64,000 nucleotides of DNA from an uncultured Actinomycetes bacterium (GTDB lineage Bacteria; Actinomycetota; Thermoleophilia; Gaiellales; JAICJC01). The stretch spans positions 663,368 to 727,367 of the forward strand of contig CAVVAA010000003.1 of NCBI GenBank assembly GCA_963746115.1, in the 5' to 3' direction. A program made the translations under genes and the position numbers. Under the pieces are notes generated by a model. It ran no database searches and was not told the DNA's origin. It saw only the letters and a list, made by a program, of their open reading frames with translations. This document shows, one piece after another, positions 30,038-37,960 of this stretch (position 1 is its first letter; each line of letters starts with the position of its first letter).

Positions 30038-32696
30038 TCCCCGTCAGGCGAAGGACAATCACGGCCACGTCGTCGGCCGGCGGCCCGGGCTTGAACTCGA
30101 GCACCGCCCGCTCGATCCGATCGGCGATCCCGGCGGCGCTCAGGCCCGCCGAGAGCCGCAGCAGTTCCACCAGGCGCTCCTCCCCGAACATGCGCCCCTC
30201 GCGCCGCTCCTCGGTCACGCCGTCGGTGTGGAACACGACCGCGTCGCCAGGGCGCAGGTCGACGGTGAGATCGGAGAGCTGCACCTTCTCGTAGATGCCG
30301 AGGAGCGTACCCGGGGTGCCGGCTTCCTCGACGGTGCCGTCGCTGCGGACGAGGAGCGGCGGCGGGTGGCCGCCGCAGCAGACCGTCAGCCGCGCCCCGC
30401 CGTCGTGCGCCTCCAGCCGCCCGACCGCGACCGTGCAGAAGCGGTGCTCGATCATCTGCCGCAGGAGGGCCTGGTTCAGCGTCCGCAGGATCGCCTGGGG
30501 CGAGCGCTCGCGCACGGCCGCCGCGCGCACGGTGTGGCGGGCGATGCCGGTCAGCGCCGCGGCCGGCGCGCCCTTCCCGCACACGTCGCCGATGGCGAGG
30601 AAGAGGCCGCTGTCGCCCGTCTCGAACGCGTCGTAGAAGTCGCCGCCGACGTCTCCGCCGCCGCCGGCCGGGTGGTACACGGCGGCGAGCTCGATGCCGG
30701 GGACGTCGGGCAGGTCGGGCGGCAGCAGGCTGCGCTGGAGCGTGCGCGCGACCTGGTCACGGTCCTGGTAGAGGCGGGCGGTGTCGATGGCCGTCGCCGC
30801 CCGGCGGGCGAGCTCGGTCGCGAATGCGGCGTCGTCCGGCCCGTAGGTTCGGCCAGACTCGGCCGTCACGAGCGTGAGCGTGCCGTGGGTGCGGCCGCGG
30901 GCGGTCAGCGGGGCGACGATCGCCGAGCGCACGTCAAGTCCGCGCAGGATCGCGCGGTGCTCCTCGTCGTCCCCCGCCTCCTGGAAGGCCGCCGGGACAG
31001 GCGACGGGGCGGCCGCGTCGTTCGCCCGCAGGCCGCTCGCCCCGGCGGCCGCCTCGGGGTCCGCCGGATAGCGGCGGACGAGCTCGCGGGCGAGGTCGAC
31101 CTTGGCCGGGTCGGAGTGGGCCACCCACGTCTGGTGCGAGCGGTCGGGCTCGACCAGGTCGACGGCGCACCAGTCGGCCAGGTGGGGGACGATCAGATGG
31201 GTGAGGCTGCCGAGCGCGGCCCGGAAGTCGAGCGACTCGCCGAGAACGTCGGACGTGCGCGCGAGCAGCTCCAGCCGGAGCCGGGCGTCGTGCTCCGCCT
31301 CGTACGCCTGGGCGCGGTCGACCGCGAGCGCAATCCGGCCGGCGGCGAGGCCGATCAGGTCGACCTCGTCCTGCCCCAGCGGGCGCGGCGCCAGCCAGTC
31401 GGTCTGGACCACGCCGACGGTGCGCGGCCCCACGCGCAGGGGTGCCGCCATCAGCGTGCGCACGCCGCGGCCGAGCCGGAGCGGCCCCATCTCCGCGTCT
31501 GTCGGATCGTGGACGACGACCGGGCGCCCGGCGGCCACCGGGTCCGCGACGGATGCCTCGCCGGCGGAGATGCGCAGGCCGGCGCCGCCCTCGGTGCCCG
31601 CCCCGCTGGTGGCGCGCACCCCCAGGTGCTCGGCGTCGGCCTCCATCAGGAGCACGGCGGCGGCGTCCGCCTCGAGCTCCTTGCGAAGCAGCGCCAGGAT
31701 CTCCTCGAGGAGGTCGTCGAGGTCGACGTGCGAGAGCGCGGCGTCCGAGAGCCGCTGCAGCCGCTGGGCCGCGTCGGCCCGCTCCTGGGCGGCCCGGAGG
31801 AGGACGCTGTTGTCGACCGCGACCGCCGTCCGCCGGGCGAGCTCCTCGGCGACGGCGACGTCGTCGGCGCTGAACGGCGGCCGGTCGCCGCAGCTCAGGA
31901 GCAGCATCGCCCCGAGCGTACGGCCGCGGGCCGCCAGCGGGAGGATCACGGCCGAGCGGGCGTCGATCTGGCGCACCACCTGGATGTGCCGCGGGCCGTG
32001 CAGCCGGTCGCGCAGGACGTCGTCGGTGAGCTCGGTCAGGATCTCGGTACGGCCCTCGCGCAGCGCCGCCGTCATGTGCAGCGCGTCGGGGTCGGGCGGG
32101 AAGGCGCGCAGCCGCTCGGTGAGCGGCGCGCGGGCGCGATCGGCGTCGGCCACCGCGACCCGGCGCATCCCGGCCTCGTCGTCCAGGAGGTCGAACGCGC
32201 ACACGTCCGCGAGCCACGAAGCCGCCAGCCGGGCGACGCCCTGGAGACCGGCGTCGGCGTCGAGCGAGCGGGCCAGCAGCTCGCTGGCCTGGAGCAGCAG
32301 CTCCAGCCGCACCTGGGCCGGCTGGGCGCGATCGCCCGTCCCGGCCTCGAGGGCGACGCTGACGCTCCCGGCGGGGTTGCCGTCGGCGTCGGTGACCGGC
32401 GCGCTGACGACGTGGATGCGGATGTGCGAACCGTCCTTGCGCACCGCCGGCACCTCGCCCTCCCACACGTCGCCCCCGCGCGCCCGCGACCCGAGCGCCG
32501 TCTCGGCCGGGCCGGCTCCGAGCTCCTCCGGCGTTCGCCCGATCGCCTCTTCGGCCGTGTAGCCGAACAGCTCCTCGGCGCGGCGGTTCCATGCGGTGAG
32601 GGTGCCGTCGGGGGCGGTGGCGATGATCGCCGCGGGGGCCGCGTCGATCAACGCCGATCCCGTGATGCCCGCACGTGCGGTCTCCGGGCCGTTCAA
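30030..32696 (-). CDS. SpoIIE/RsbU PP2C phosphatase with PAS and three GAF domains
   Basis: PAS (WNRRAEELFGY), three GAF-like repeats, VGGDFYD, IGDVCGKG, HTDGVTE and DDVA. TTG start inferred from the upstream promoter. Confidence 0.9.
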   Translation of the reverse strand: MNGPETARAGITGSALIDAAPAAIIATAPDGTLTAWNRRAEELFGYTAEEAIGRTPEELGAGPAETALGSRARGGDVWEGEVPAVRKDGSHIRIHVVSAPVTDADGNPAGSVSVALEAGTGDRAQPAQVRLELLLQASELLARSLDADAGLQGVARLAASWLADVCAFDLLDDEAGMRRVAVADADRARAPLTERLRAFPPDPDALHMTAALREGRTEILTELTDDVLRDRLHGPRHIQVVRQIDARSAVILPLAARGRTLGAMLLLSCGDRPPFSADDVAVAEELARRTAVAVDNSVLLRAAQERADAAQRLQRLSDAALSHVDLDDLLEEILALLRKELEADAAAVLLMEADAEHLGVRATSGAGTEGGAGLRISAGEASVADPVAAGRPVVVHDPTDAEMGPLRLGRGVRTLMAAPLRVGPRTVGVVQTDWLAPRPLGQDEVDLIGLAAGRIALAVDRAQAYEAEHDARLRLELLARTSDVLGESLDFRAALGSLTHLIVPHLADWCAVDLVEPDRSHQTWVAHSDPAKVDLARELVRRYPADPEAAAGASGLRANDAAAPSPVPAAFQEAGDDEEHRAILRGLDVRSAIVAPLTARGRTHGTLTLVTAESGRTYGPDDAAFATELARRAATAIDTARLYQDRDQVARTLQRSLLPPDLPDVPGIELAAVYHPAGGGGDVGGDFYDAFETGDSGLFLAIGDVCGKGAPAAALTGIARHTVRAAAVRERSPQAILRTLNQALLRQMIEHRFCTVAVGRLEAHDGGARLTVCCGGHPPPLLVRSDGTVEEAGTPGTLLGIYEKVQLSDLTVDLRPGDAVVFHTDGVTEERREGRMFGEERLVELLRLSAGLSAAGIADRIERAVLEFKPGPPADDVAVIVLRLTGND

Positions 32697-32757
32697 GTCC
32701 CGCTGCCGCGAACGGCGGGGACGTACAGCTCGCCTCTGAGCGCCGATGACATGCGCC

Positions 32758-32786
32758 ACCCTAGTGCTGCTCCGAATCGCTGTCAA
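32758..32786 (-). promoter_or_regulatory. sigma-A promoter TTGACA-N17-TAGGGT for the phosphatase-rsbW-STAS operon
   Basis: Near-consensus hexamers with a 17-bp spacer on the minus strand. Confidence 0.65.
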
Positions 32787-32829
32787 TCGCGCTACTGGCG
32801 CGTCGCCGGGCGCGCTAACCTGCTCGTCG

Positions 32830-33159
32830 GTGGCGGCGATCGACGGCAAAGTCAGCCTCCGCGTGCTGGGCGCGGCGCCCGCCGCTGCGGTGGCCGAGCC
32901 GGTGCTGCTCGCGCTGGGGGCGCGGGCGGGCCTCGATGTCGCCGCCCTGGACGAGCTCGTGATGGCCGTCGAGCTTGCCATCCGGGGCGCCGGGCGGCCG
33001 CTCCTGATCGAGGTCACGCCGGACGAGGGCCGCCTGACGGTCGCGGTGCGGCCGCTCGAGCCGGTCGGGCTGCGCGAGTGCGGGCAGACCCTGCGCGGCC
33101 TCGTCACCGAGGTCGAGATCGACGGCGACGGGGCGGGGATCGTGATGCGTGCCGGCTGA
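32830..33159 (+). CDS. degenerate RsbW-like protein (putative anti-sigma factor)
   Basis: ARAGLDVAALDELVMAVEL..LRGLVTEVEI..IVM mirrors the RsbW layout but lacks the N-box Asn and Gly boxes; overlaps the downstream sigma gene. Confidence 0.6.
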   Translation: MAAIDGKVSLRVLGAAPAAAVAEPVLLALGARAGLDVAALDELVMAVELAIRGAGRPLLIEVTPDEGRLTVAVRPLEPVGLRECGQTLRGLVTEVEIDGDGAGIVMRAG

Positions 33160-33853
33160 TCCGGCCGGCCGGCTGGCGCTCCTGGCGGCGGCGGGAGACA
33201 GCGCGGCGAAGGCGGAGCTGGTCGAGCGGATGGGCCCGGTGGTGGGGCGCTTGGCGGGGCGGCTCGCGAGCGTGCGGGTGCCCAGGCAGGATCTGGAGCA
33301 GGCGGGGATGGTGGGGGTGCTGGCGGCGGTCGACCGGTTCGACCCCGACCGCGGGTCGGCGTTCGAGCCCTACGCGACCCGCTACGCGCTCGGCGAGATG
33401 CGCGCGCTCGCGCGGGGGACGGCGGCGGTGCACGTCTCGCGCACGGGCCGCGACCTGGCCGCCGCCGTCGAGGCGGCCGCAGCCGACCTCACGGCCGAGT
33501 CCGGCGTGCCTCCGACCGTCGACAGCATCGCCGAACGGGCCGGTCTGGACGAGGAGCAGGTCGTCACCGGGCTGCGCGCCCGCCGTGGGCTCGCCCCGCC
33601 CACCCTGGGCGGGGAGGAGCTGCTCGAGGCCCACGGCGGCTGGGAGGACGCGATCGAGCGGGTCGAACGGCGGCTCGACGTCGGCCGGCGGCTGGAGGAG
33701 CTCGATCCGCGCTCGCAGCGAATCGTGGCGATGCGCTTCGGGCTCGAGCTGTCCCAGACCGAGATCGCCGAACAGCTCGGCATCTCGCAGATGCACGTGT
33801 CGCGCCTGCTGCGGGCCGCCCTCGAGCAGCTCTGGGGCGAGGAGCCTGACTAG
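33149..33853 (+). CDS. second SigB/SigF family sigma factor
   Basis: DLEQAGMVGVLAAVDRFDPDRG and SQTEIAEQLGISQMHVSRLLR. Confidence 0.9.
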   Translation: MPADPAGRLALLAAAGDSAAKAELVERMGPVVGRLAGRLASVRVPRQDLEQAGMVGVLAAVDRFDPDRGSAFEPYATRYALGEMRALARGTAAVHVSRTGRDLAAAVEAAAADLTAESGVPPTVDSIAERAGLDEEQVVTGLRARRGLAPPTLGGEELLEAHGGWEDAIERVERRLDVGRRLEELDPRSQRIVAMRFGLELSQTEIAEQLGISQMHVSRLLRAALEQLWGEEPD

Positions 33854-34905
33854 GCCGGCGAGGCGTCGAGCCAGGCAGTGCGGTCGGGCGGCCCCGGCGC
33901 GATCCGCACGCGCGGCGATGCCGAGAGCTCGGCCCAGATCGACCCGAACGTGCTCCAGGGATGGCCCGGCTCGGGGAGGACGCACAGCGGCGCCTCGCGG
34001 TCGGCGAGCGCGCGCTCGCAGTCGGCGCCGGCCGCGACGTCGGGCGCGGCCGACTCGATGGCGGCGAGCCGGACATGGGAATCCTCGCGGCGCTCGGCGG
34101 CCACGGCCGGATCGACGTCGGCGCTGCGGAGCGGATGGTTGGTGTGGCAGAAGCGCCCGGCGGCATCGTCGGAGCGCACCGCGCCGGCGGCCGAGCACTC
34201 GTAGCCGGCCACCTCCGCCGGGTCGGCCAGGGCGTAGTGCTGCCCCGACGCGTGCGGCACCCGGCCGAGGAAGGCGGCGGCGCCGGCCACGCTCCCCTGC
34301 GCGAGGGCGCCCCGCATCACGAACGCGACCGGGAGCCCGTCGCGGGAGTGGTTCAGCATCGCCAGCGTGTTCACGCACACGCCCAGGCCGGCGGAGCTCA
34401 CGCCGGTGAGCCCGATCATCCCGGCGGCAGTGAGGAGGGTGCCCCCGCTGCCGGCACCGTCGTCGTGGCGGACGATCGCCTGGGCGCCGTCCATGAGCGC
34501 GGGGAGATCCATGTTCTGGGCCAGCACCGCCGGTCGGCCGTCCGCCGGGCCGACCGCGATCAGCGTGCACGCGTCGCGGGGCTCGGCCGGGGCGGTGAAC
34601 CACCACTCCTCGTCCATCAGGTTGAGGGCGAGGATGCGGTCGAAGGCGACGCCCGCCCCCTCGCCGATCCCGCGCACCTCGTCGAGCAGATCCGGGGTGT
34701 GGCGCTCGATGGCGGCGATGAAGCCCGTCGTCTCGACGAGGCCGGAGACGAGCGCCTGCGGCGGCCCCGCCAGCCGGGCGCCGACGTCCGCGTCCCAGCG
34801 CTCGAGCAGGCCATGGATCTGCTCCCGCAGCGCCTCGCCGTGGGCGCGTCCGCGCTCCCGGCCGTCGCCGCGGCACTCGACGATCGCGTGCGATGTGACC
34901 GCCAT
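33850..34905 (-). CDS. C45 family autoproteolytic acyltransferase/hydrolase
   Basis: ERGRAHGE, EVRGIGEGAG, CTLIAV (Ntn Cys), AQNMD, GLGVCVNTL and HTNH. Confidence 0.85.
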   Translation of the reverse strand: MAVTSHAIVECRGDGRERGRAHGEALREQIHGLLERWDADVGARLAGPPQALVSGLVETTGFIAAIERHTPDLLDEVRGIGEGAGVAFDRILALNLMDEEWWFTAPAEPRDACTLIAVGPADGRPAVLAQNMDLPALMDGAQAIVRHDDGAGSGGTLLTAAGMIGLTGVSSAGLGVCVNTLAMLNHSRDGLPVAFVMRGALAQGSVAGAAAFLGRVPHASGQHYALADPAEVAGYECSAAGAVRSDDAAGRFCHTNHPLRSADVDPAVAAERREDSHVRLAAIESAAPDVAAGADCERALADREAPLCVLPEPGHPWSTFGSIWAELSASPRVRIAPGPPDRTAWLDASPA

Positions 34906-34921
34906 CGCCACCGATCCTACC

Positions 34922-34936
34922 CCGGTCTAGACCATT
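34922..34936. promoter_or_regulatory. GntR/DasR-type operator (AATGGTCTAGACCGG on minus strand)
   Basis: Core palindrome GGTCTAGACC at 34924-34933, adjacent to a TAGGAT -10 for the C45 gene. Confidence 0.45.
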
Positions 34937-34963
34937 CGTCGGTTCACCGCTACAACGAGAGAA

Positions 34964-35851
34964 GTGCGGCCGTTCCGCTTCCTCACCGTCCTCGTCGTCC
35001 TCGCCGGCGCCACCGCCTGCGGGCAGGCCCAGGCGAACCACACCTCGGCGCCGCCGGCCTCGACGCACTCGACTGCGCCGAAGCCCGGCGTGGAGCTGGC
35101 GGCCTCCGCGGCCCGCACCTCGCATGCGAAGAGCGCCCGCATCGCGATGCGGATGCGGATGGCGGTGTCGCCGGGCGCGAGCACGATCACGGCCGAGGCG
35201 ACCGGCGTCGTCGGCTTCCACGATCGCTCCGGAGATCTGCACATGCACATGTCGATCCCGGGCGGCGGCGTCATCCAGATGCGCGAGATCACCGTCTGGC
35301 CGGTGATCTACATGCGCTCGCCGCTGTTCGCGGCCGTGACGCACGGCAAGGCGCGGTGGCTGAAGCTCGACATGGCCAAGGTCGAGCGCGCGAACGGCAT
35401 CGACCTGAACGCCCTCACGAGCACCGGCAGCAGCGACCCGACCCAGATGCTGCAGACCCTCGAGAGCGAGTCCGACTCGATCCGGAACCTCGGCGCCGCG
35501 ACCGTCCGTGGCGTGCCCACCGTCCACTATCACGCCGTCGTCGATCTGGACAAGGCCGCCGCAAACGCGCCGGCCGCCCTGCGCGCCGCCGTGGAGAAGT
35601 CCGATGCCCGCCTGGTTGCGATGCTCGGCACCCACCGGATGCCGATGGACGTCTGGATCGGCCACGACAACCTCGTCCGCCGGGTCGCCTACCGCATGTC
35701 GATCCCGGTCGCCGCCACCGGCGGGACGATCGCGATGGACGTCCAGCTCGACATGTTCGACTTCGGCGTGCCCGTCCACGTGACCGCGCCGCCCGCGAGC
35801 GACGTGATGGCGCTCCCCGGCTCCGCCGCGGCCGCCTCGAGCTCCCGATAG
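34964..35851 (+). CDS. LppX/LprAFG-like lipoprotein
   Basis: Lipobox ATAC, WLKLD, DPTQML, TVRGVPTVHY, DVWIG and FDFGVPVHVTAPP. Confidence 0.75.
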   Translation: MRPFRFLTVLVVLAGATACGQAQANHTSAPPASTHSTAPKPGVELAASAARTSHAKSARIAMRMRMAVSPGASTITAEATGVVGFHDRSGDLHMHMSIPGGGVIQMREITVWPVIYMRSPLFAAVTHGKARWLKLDMAKVERANGIDLNALTSTGSSDPTQMLQTLESESDSIRNLGAATVRGVPTVHYHAVVDLDKAAANAPAALRAAVEKSDARLVAMLGTHRMPMDVWIGHDNLVRRVAYRMSIPVAATGGTIAMDVQLDMFDFGVPVHVTAPPASDVMALPGSAAAASSSR

Positions 35852-35862
35852 TCTCCACCCGC

Positions 35863-36798
35863 GTGAGCGGGATCGCGCACTGGGACGACGTGGAGAGCGT
35901 CCACGCAGCCGACGGCCACCTCGACGCCGTGTGGCTCGACCTCGGCTCGGCCGCGGGCACGCACACGGTTGGGCTGCAGCTGATCCGGATCTCGCCCGGG
36001 AAGTGGTCGACGCCCGCGCACATCGAGCACGCCGAGGAGGAGATCTTCTGGGTGCTCTCCGGGGGCGGTCTCTCCTGGCAGGACGAGGGCGACGGCCCGG
36101 CGACATACGCCGTCGCGGCCGGCGACTGCCTCGTGCACCTGCCCCGCGGCGAGGCCCACACCCTGCAGGCGGGCCCGGACGGCCTCGACGTGCTCGCCTT
36201 CGGCCAGCGTGTCCGCGGCGGCGGCGCGTACCTGCCCCGGGCCGGCCTGTCGTGGCACGGGCCGAGCTGGGTGCGCTCCGGCGGCGAGCCCTCGCCGTGG
36301 CAGGGCGAGGCCCGCGCCGGTGCACCGGACGTGCCCGACGCCTCGCCGCGGCCGGGCAGGATCGTGCACGTCGACGCGGTCGCGGGCAAGCGCCGCGAGG
36401 GTGCCACCGTCTGCCGCGAGCGGCGCGACCTGGGCCGCGCCGCCGGCTCGGTCACGACCGGCCTGAAGTACGTGGTCGCCGACCCCGGCAAGCTGGCTGC
36501 GCCGCCCCACTGCCACTCGGCCGAGGAGGAGATGTTCGTCGTCCTGGCCGGAGAGGGCACGCTCGAGCTCGGCGACGCGGAGCATCCTGTCCGACCCGGC
36601 ACGATCGTCGCCCGGCCGGCGGGCTCCGGCGTCGCGCACGTGTTCCGGGGCGGGCCGGACGGTCTCACCTTCCTCGCGTACGGCACCCGCGAGCCGAACG
36701 ACATCTGCTACTACCCCCGCTCCGGCAAGGTGTTCCTGGGCGGCGTCGGCGTCATCGGGCGCATCGAGCAGCTCGACTACTGGGACGGCGAGGACTGA
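35863..36798 (+). CDS. bicupin (two cupin domains) protein
   Basis: PAHIEHAEEEIFWVLSG, PPHCHSAEEEMFVVLAGEG, AHTL/AHVF, and C-terminal LDYWDGED. Confidence 0.85.
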   Translation: MSGIAHWDDVESVHAADGHLDAVWLDLGSAAGTHTVGLQLIRISPGKWSTPAHIEHAEEEIFWVLSGGGLSWQDEGDGPATYAVAAGDCLVHLPRGEAHTLQAGPDGLDVLAFGQRVRGGGAYLPRAGLSWHGPSWVRSGGEPSPWQGEARAGAPDVPDASPRPGRIVHVDAVAGKRREGATVCRERRDLGRAAGSVTTGLKYVVADPGKLAAPPHCHSAEEEMFVVLAGEGTLELGDAEHPVRPGTIVARPAGSGVAHVFRGGPDGLTFLAYGTREPNDICYYPRSGKVFLGGVGVIGRIEQLDYWDGED

Positions 36799-37448
36799 CC
36801 GAGCCGCTCGAGATCCGCTCGATCGAGCGCCCGGCCGCCGCGGCGCCGGCCGGAATGCTCGTGCTGACCCACGGCCGTGGCGCCGACGAGCACGACCTGC
36901 TCCCGCTGGCCAACCTGCTCGATCCCGAGGGACGGCTCGTCGCCGTGCTCCCGCGCGGGCCGCTGCGGCTGCCGCCGGGCGGTGCGCACTGGTATGCGGT
37001 GCACGAGATCGGCCGCCCCGACCCGGGCACCTTCCTGCCGACCTTCGCCGCCCTGGGCGGCTGGCTCGATGCGACGGCTGCCGCGCACGACGTCACCCCT
37101 GACCGGATCGTGCTGGCGGGGTTCTCCCAGGGCGCCGTCATGTCCTATGCGCTCGGCCTGGCGGCTGAGCGGCCGCGGCCGGCGGGCATCATCGCCCTCT
37201 CCGGGTTCGTCCCCACCGTCCCCGGCTTCGAGCTCGGCCTCGAGGAGCGGGCCGGGCTCCCGGTGGCGATCGGGCACGGGACGCACGATCCCGTGATCGG
37301 CGTCGAGTTCGGCCGGCAGGCGCGGGCGCTGCTCGAGGGCGCCGGGGCCGACGTCCGCTACCGCGAGTCGCCGATGGGGCACAGCATCGATCCCGAGTAC
37401 CTGCCCGAGCTGCAGGGCTGGCTCGAGGACGTCCTCGGTGACCGCTGA
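36795..37448 (+). CDS. phospholipase/carboxylesterase family hydrolase (start uncertain)
   Basis: THGRGADE, GFSQG, HGTHDPVI and MGHSI. Confidence 0.88.
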   Translation: MTEPLEIRSIERPAAAAPAGMLVLTHGRGADEHDLLPLANLLDPEGRLVAVLPRGPLRLPPGGAHWYAVHEIGRPDPGTFLPTFAALGGWLDATAAAHDVTPDRIVLAGFSQGAVMSYALGLAAERPRPAGIIALSGFVPTVPGFELGLEERAGLPVAIGHGTHDPVIGVEFGRQARALLEGAGADVRYRESPMGHSIDPEYLPELQGWLEDVLGDR

Positions 37449-37485
37449 TACCCTTGTCGATGCAACTACCGTCGCAGGGGGAGCG

Positions 37486-37956
37486 ATGCCGGAGGGCTCT
37501 GCCGCCGATACTGCGCTATTGACCCGGAGCGAGCTGGCCTCGTGGCGGGGCTTCCTGCGCGTCCACGCGGCGCTCGAGCGCGAGCTCGACGCCGAGCTGC
37601 TCGCCGCCCACGGCATCGCACTCAGCTCCTACGAGGTGCTCCTGACCGTGGCCGACGCGCCGGAGGAGCGGATGCGCATGTCCGAGATCGCCGACTCGGT
37701 CCTGCTGTCGCGCAGCGGCGTCACCCGGCTCGTCGACCGGCTGGAACGCGACGGGCTGGTCGAGCGCGTTCCGTGCGAGGACGACGCCCGCGGCCAGTAC
37801 GCGGTGCTGACGCCGCGGGGACGGGCGGCGTTCGACGCCGCTCGCGCCACGCATCTGGCGGGGGTGCGCCGGCGCTTCCTCGAGCAGTTCGACGCCGACG
37901 AGCTGCGCGGGCTGGCCGCCTACTGGGAGCGGCTCGTCCCCGGAGTCACTACATAG
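37486..37956 (+). CDS. MarR family transcriptional regulator (start could be 37438)
   Basis: WRGFLRVH, MRMSEIADSVLLSRSGVTRLVDRLE and DARG; GGGGAG RBS. Confidence 0.9.
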   Translation: MPEGSAADTALLTRSELASWRGFLRVHAALERELDAELLAAHGIALSSYEVLLTVADAPEERMRMSEIADSVLLSRSGVTRLVDRLERDGLVERVPCEDDARGQYAVLTPRGRAAFDAARATHLAGVRRRFLEQFDADELRGLAAYWERLVPGVTT

Positions 37957-37960
37957 TTCG

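Noticed and set aside
29841-34409. 1522-aa plus-strand ORF, and similar long ORFs at 33104-36325, 40264-43959 and 12134-14548
   Set aside because: Shadow frames of real genes in very high-GC DNA; Arg/Pro/Gly-rich with no recognisable motifs.
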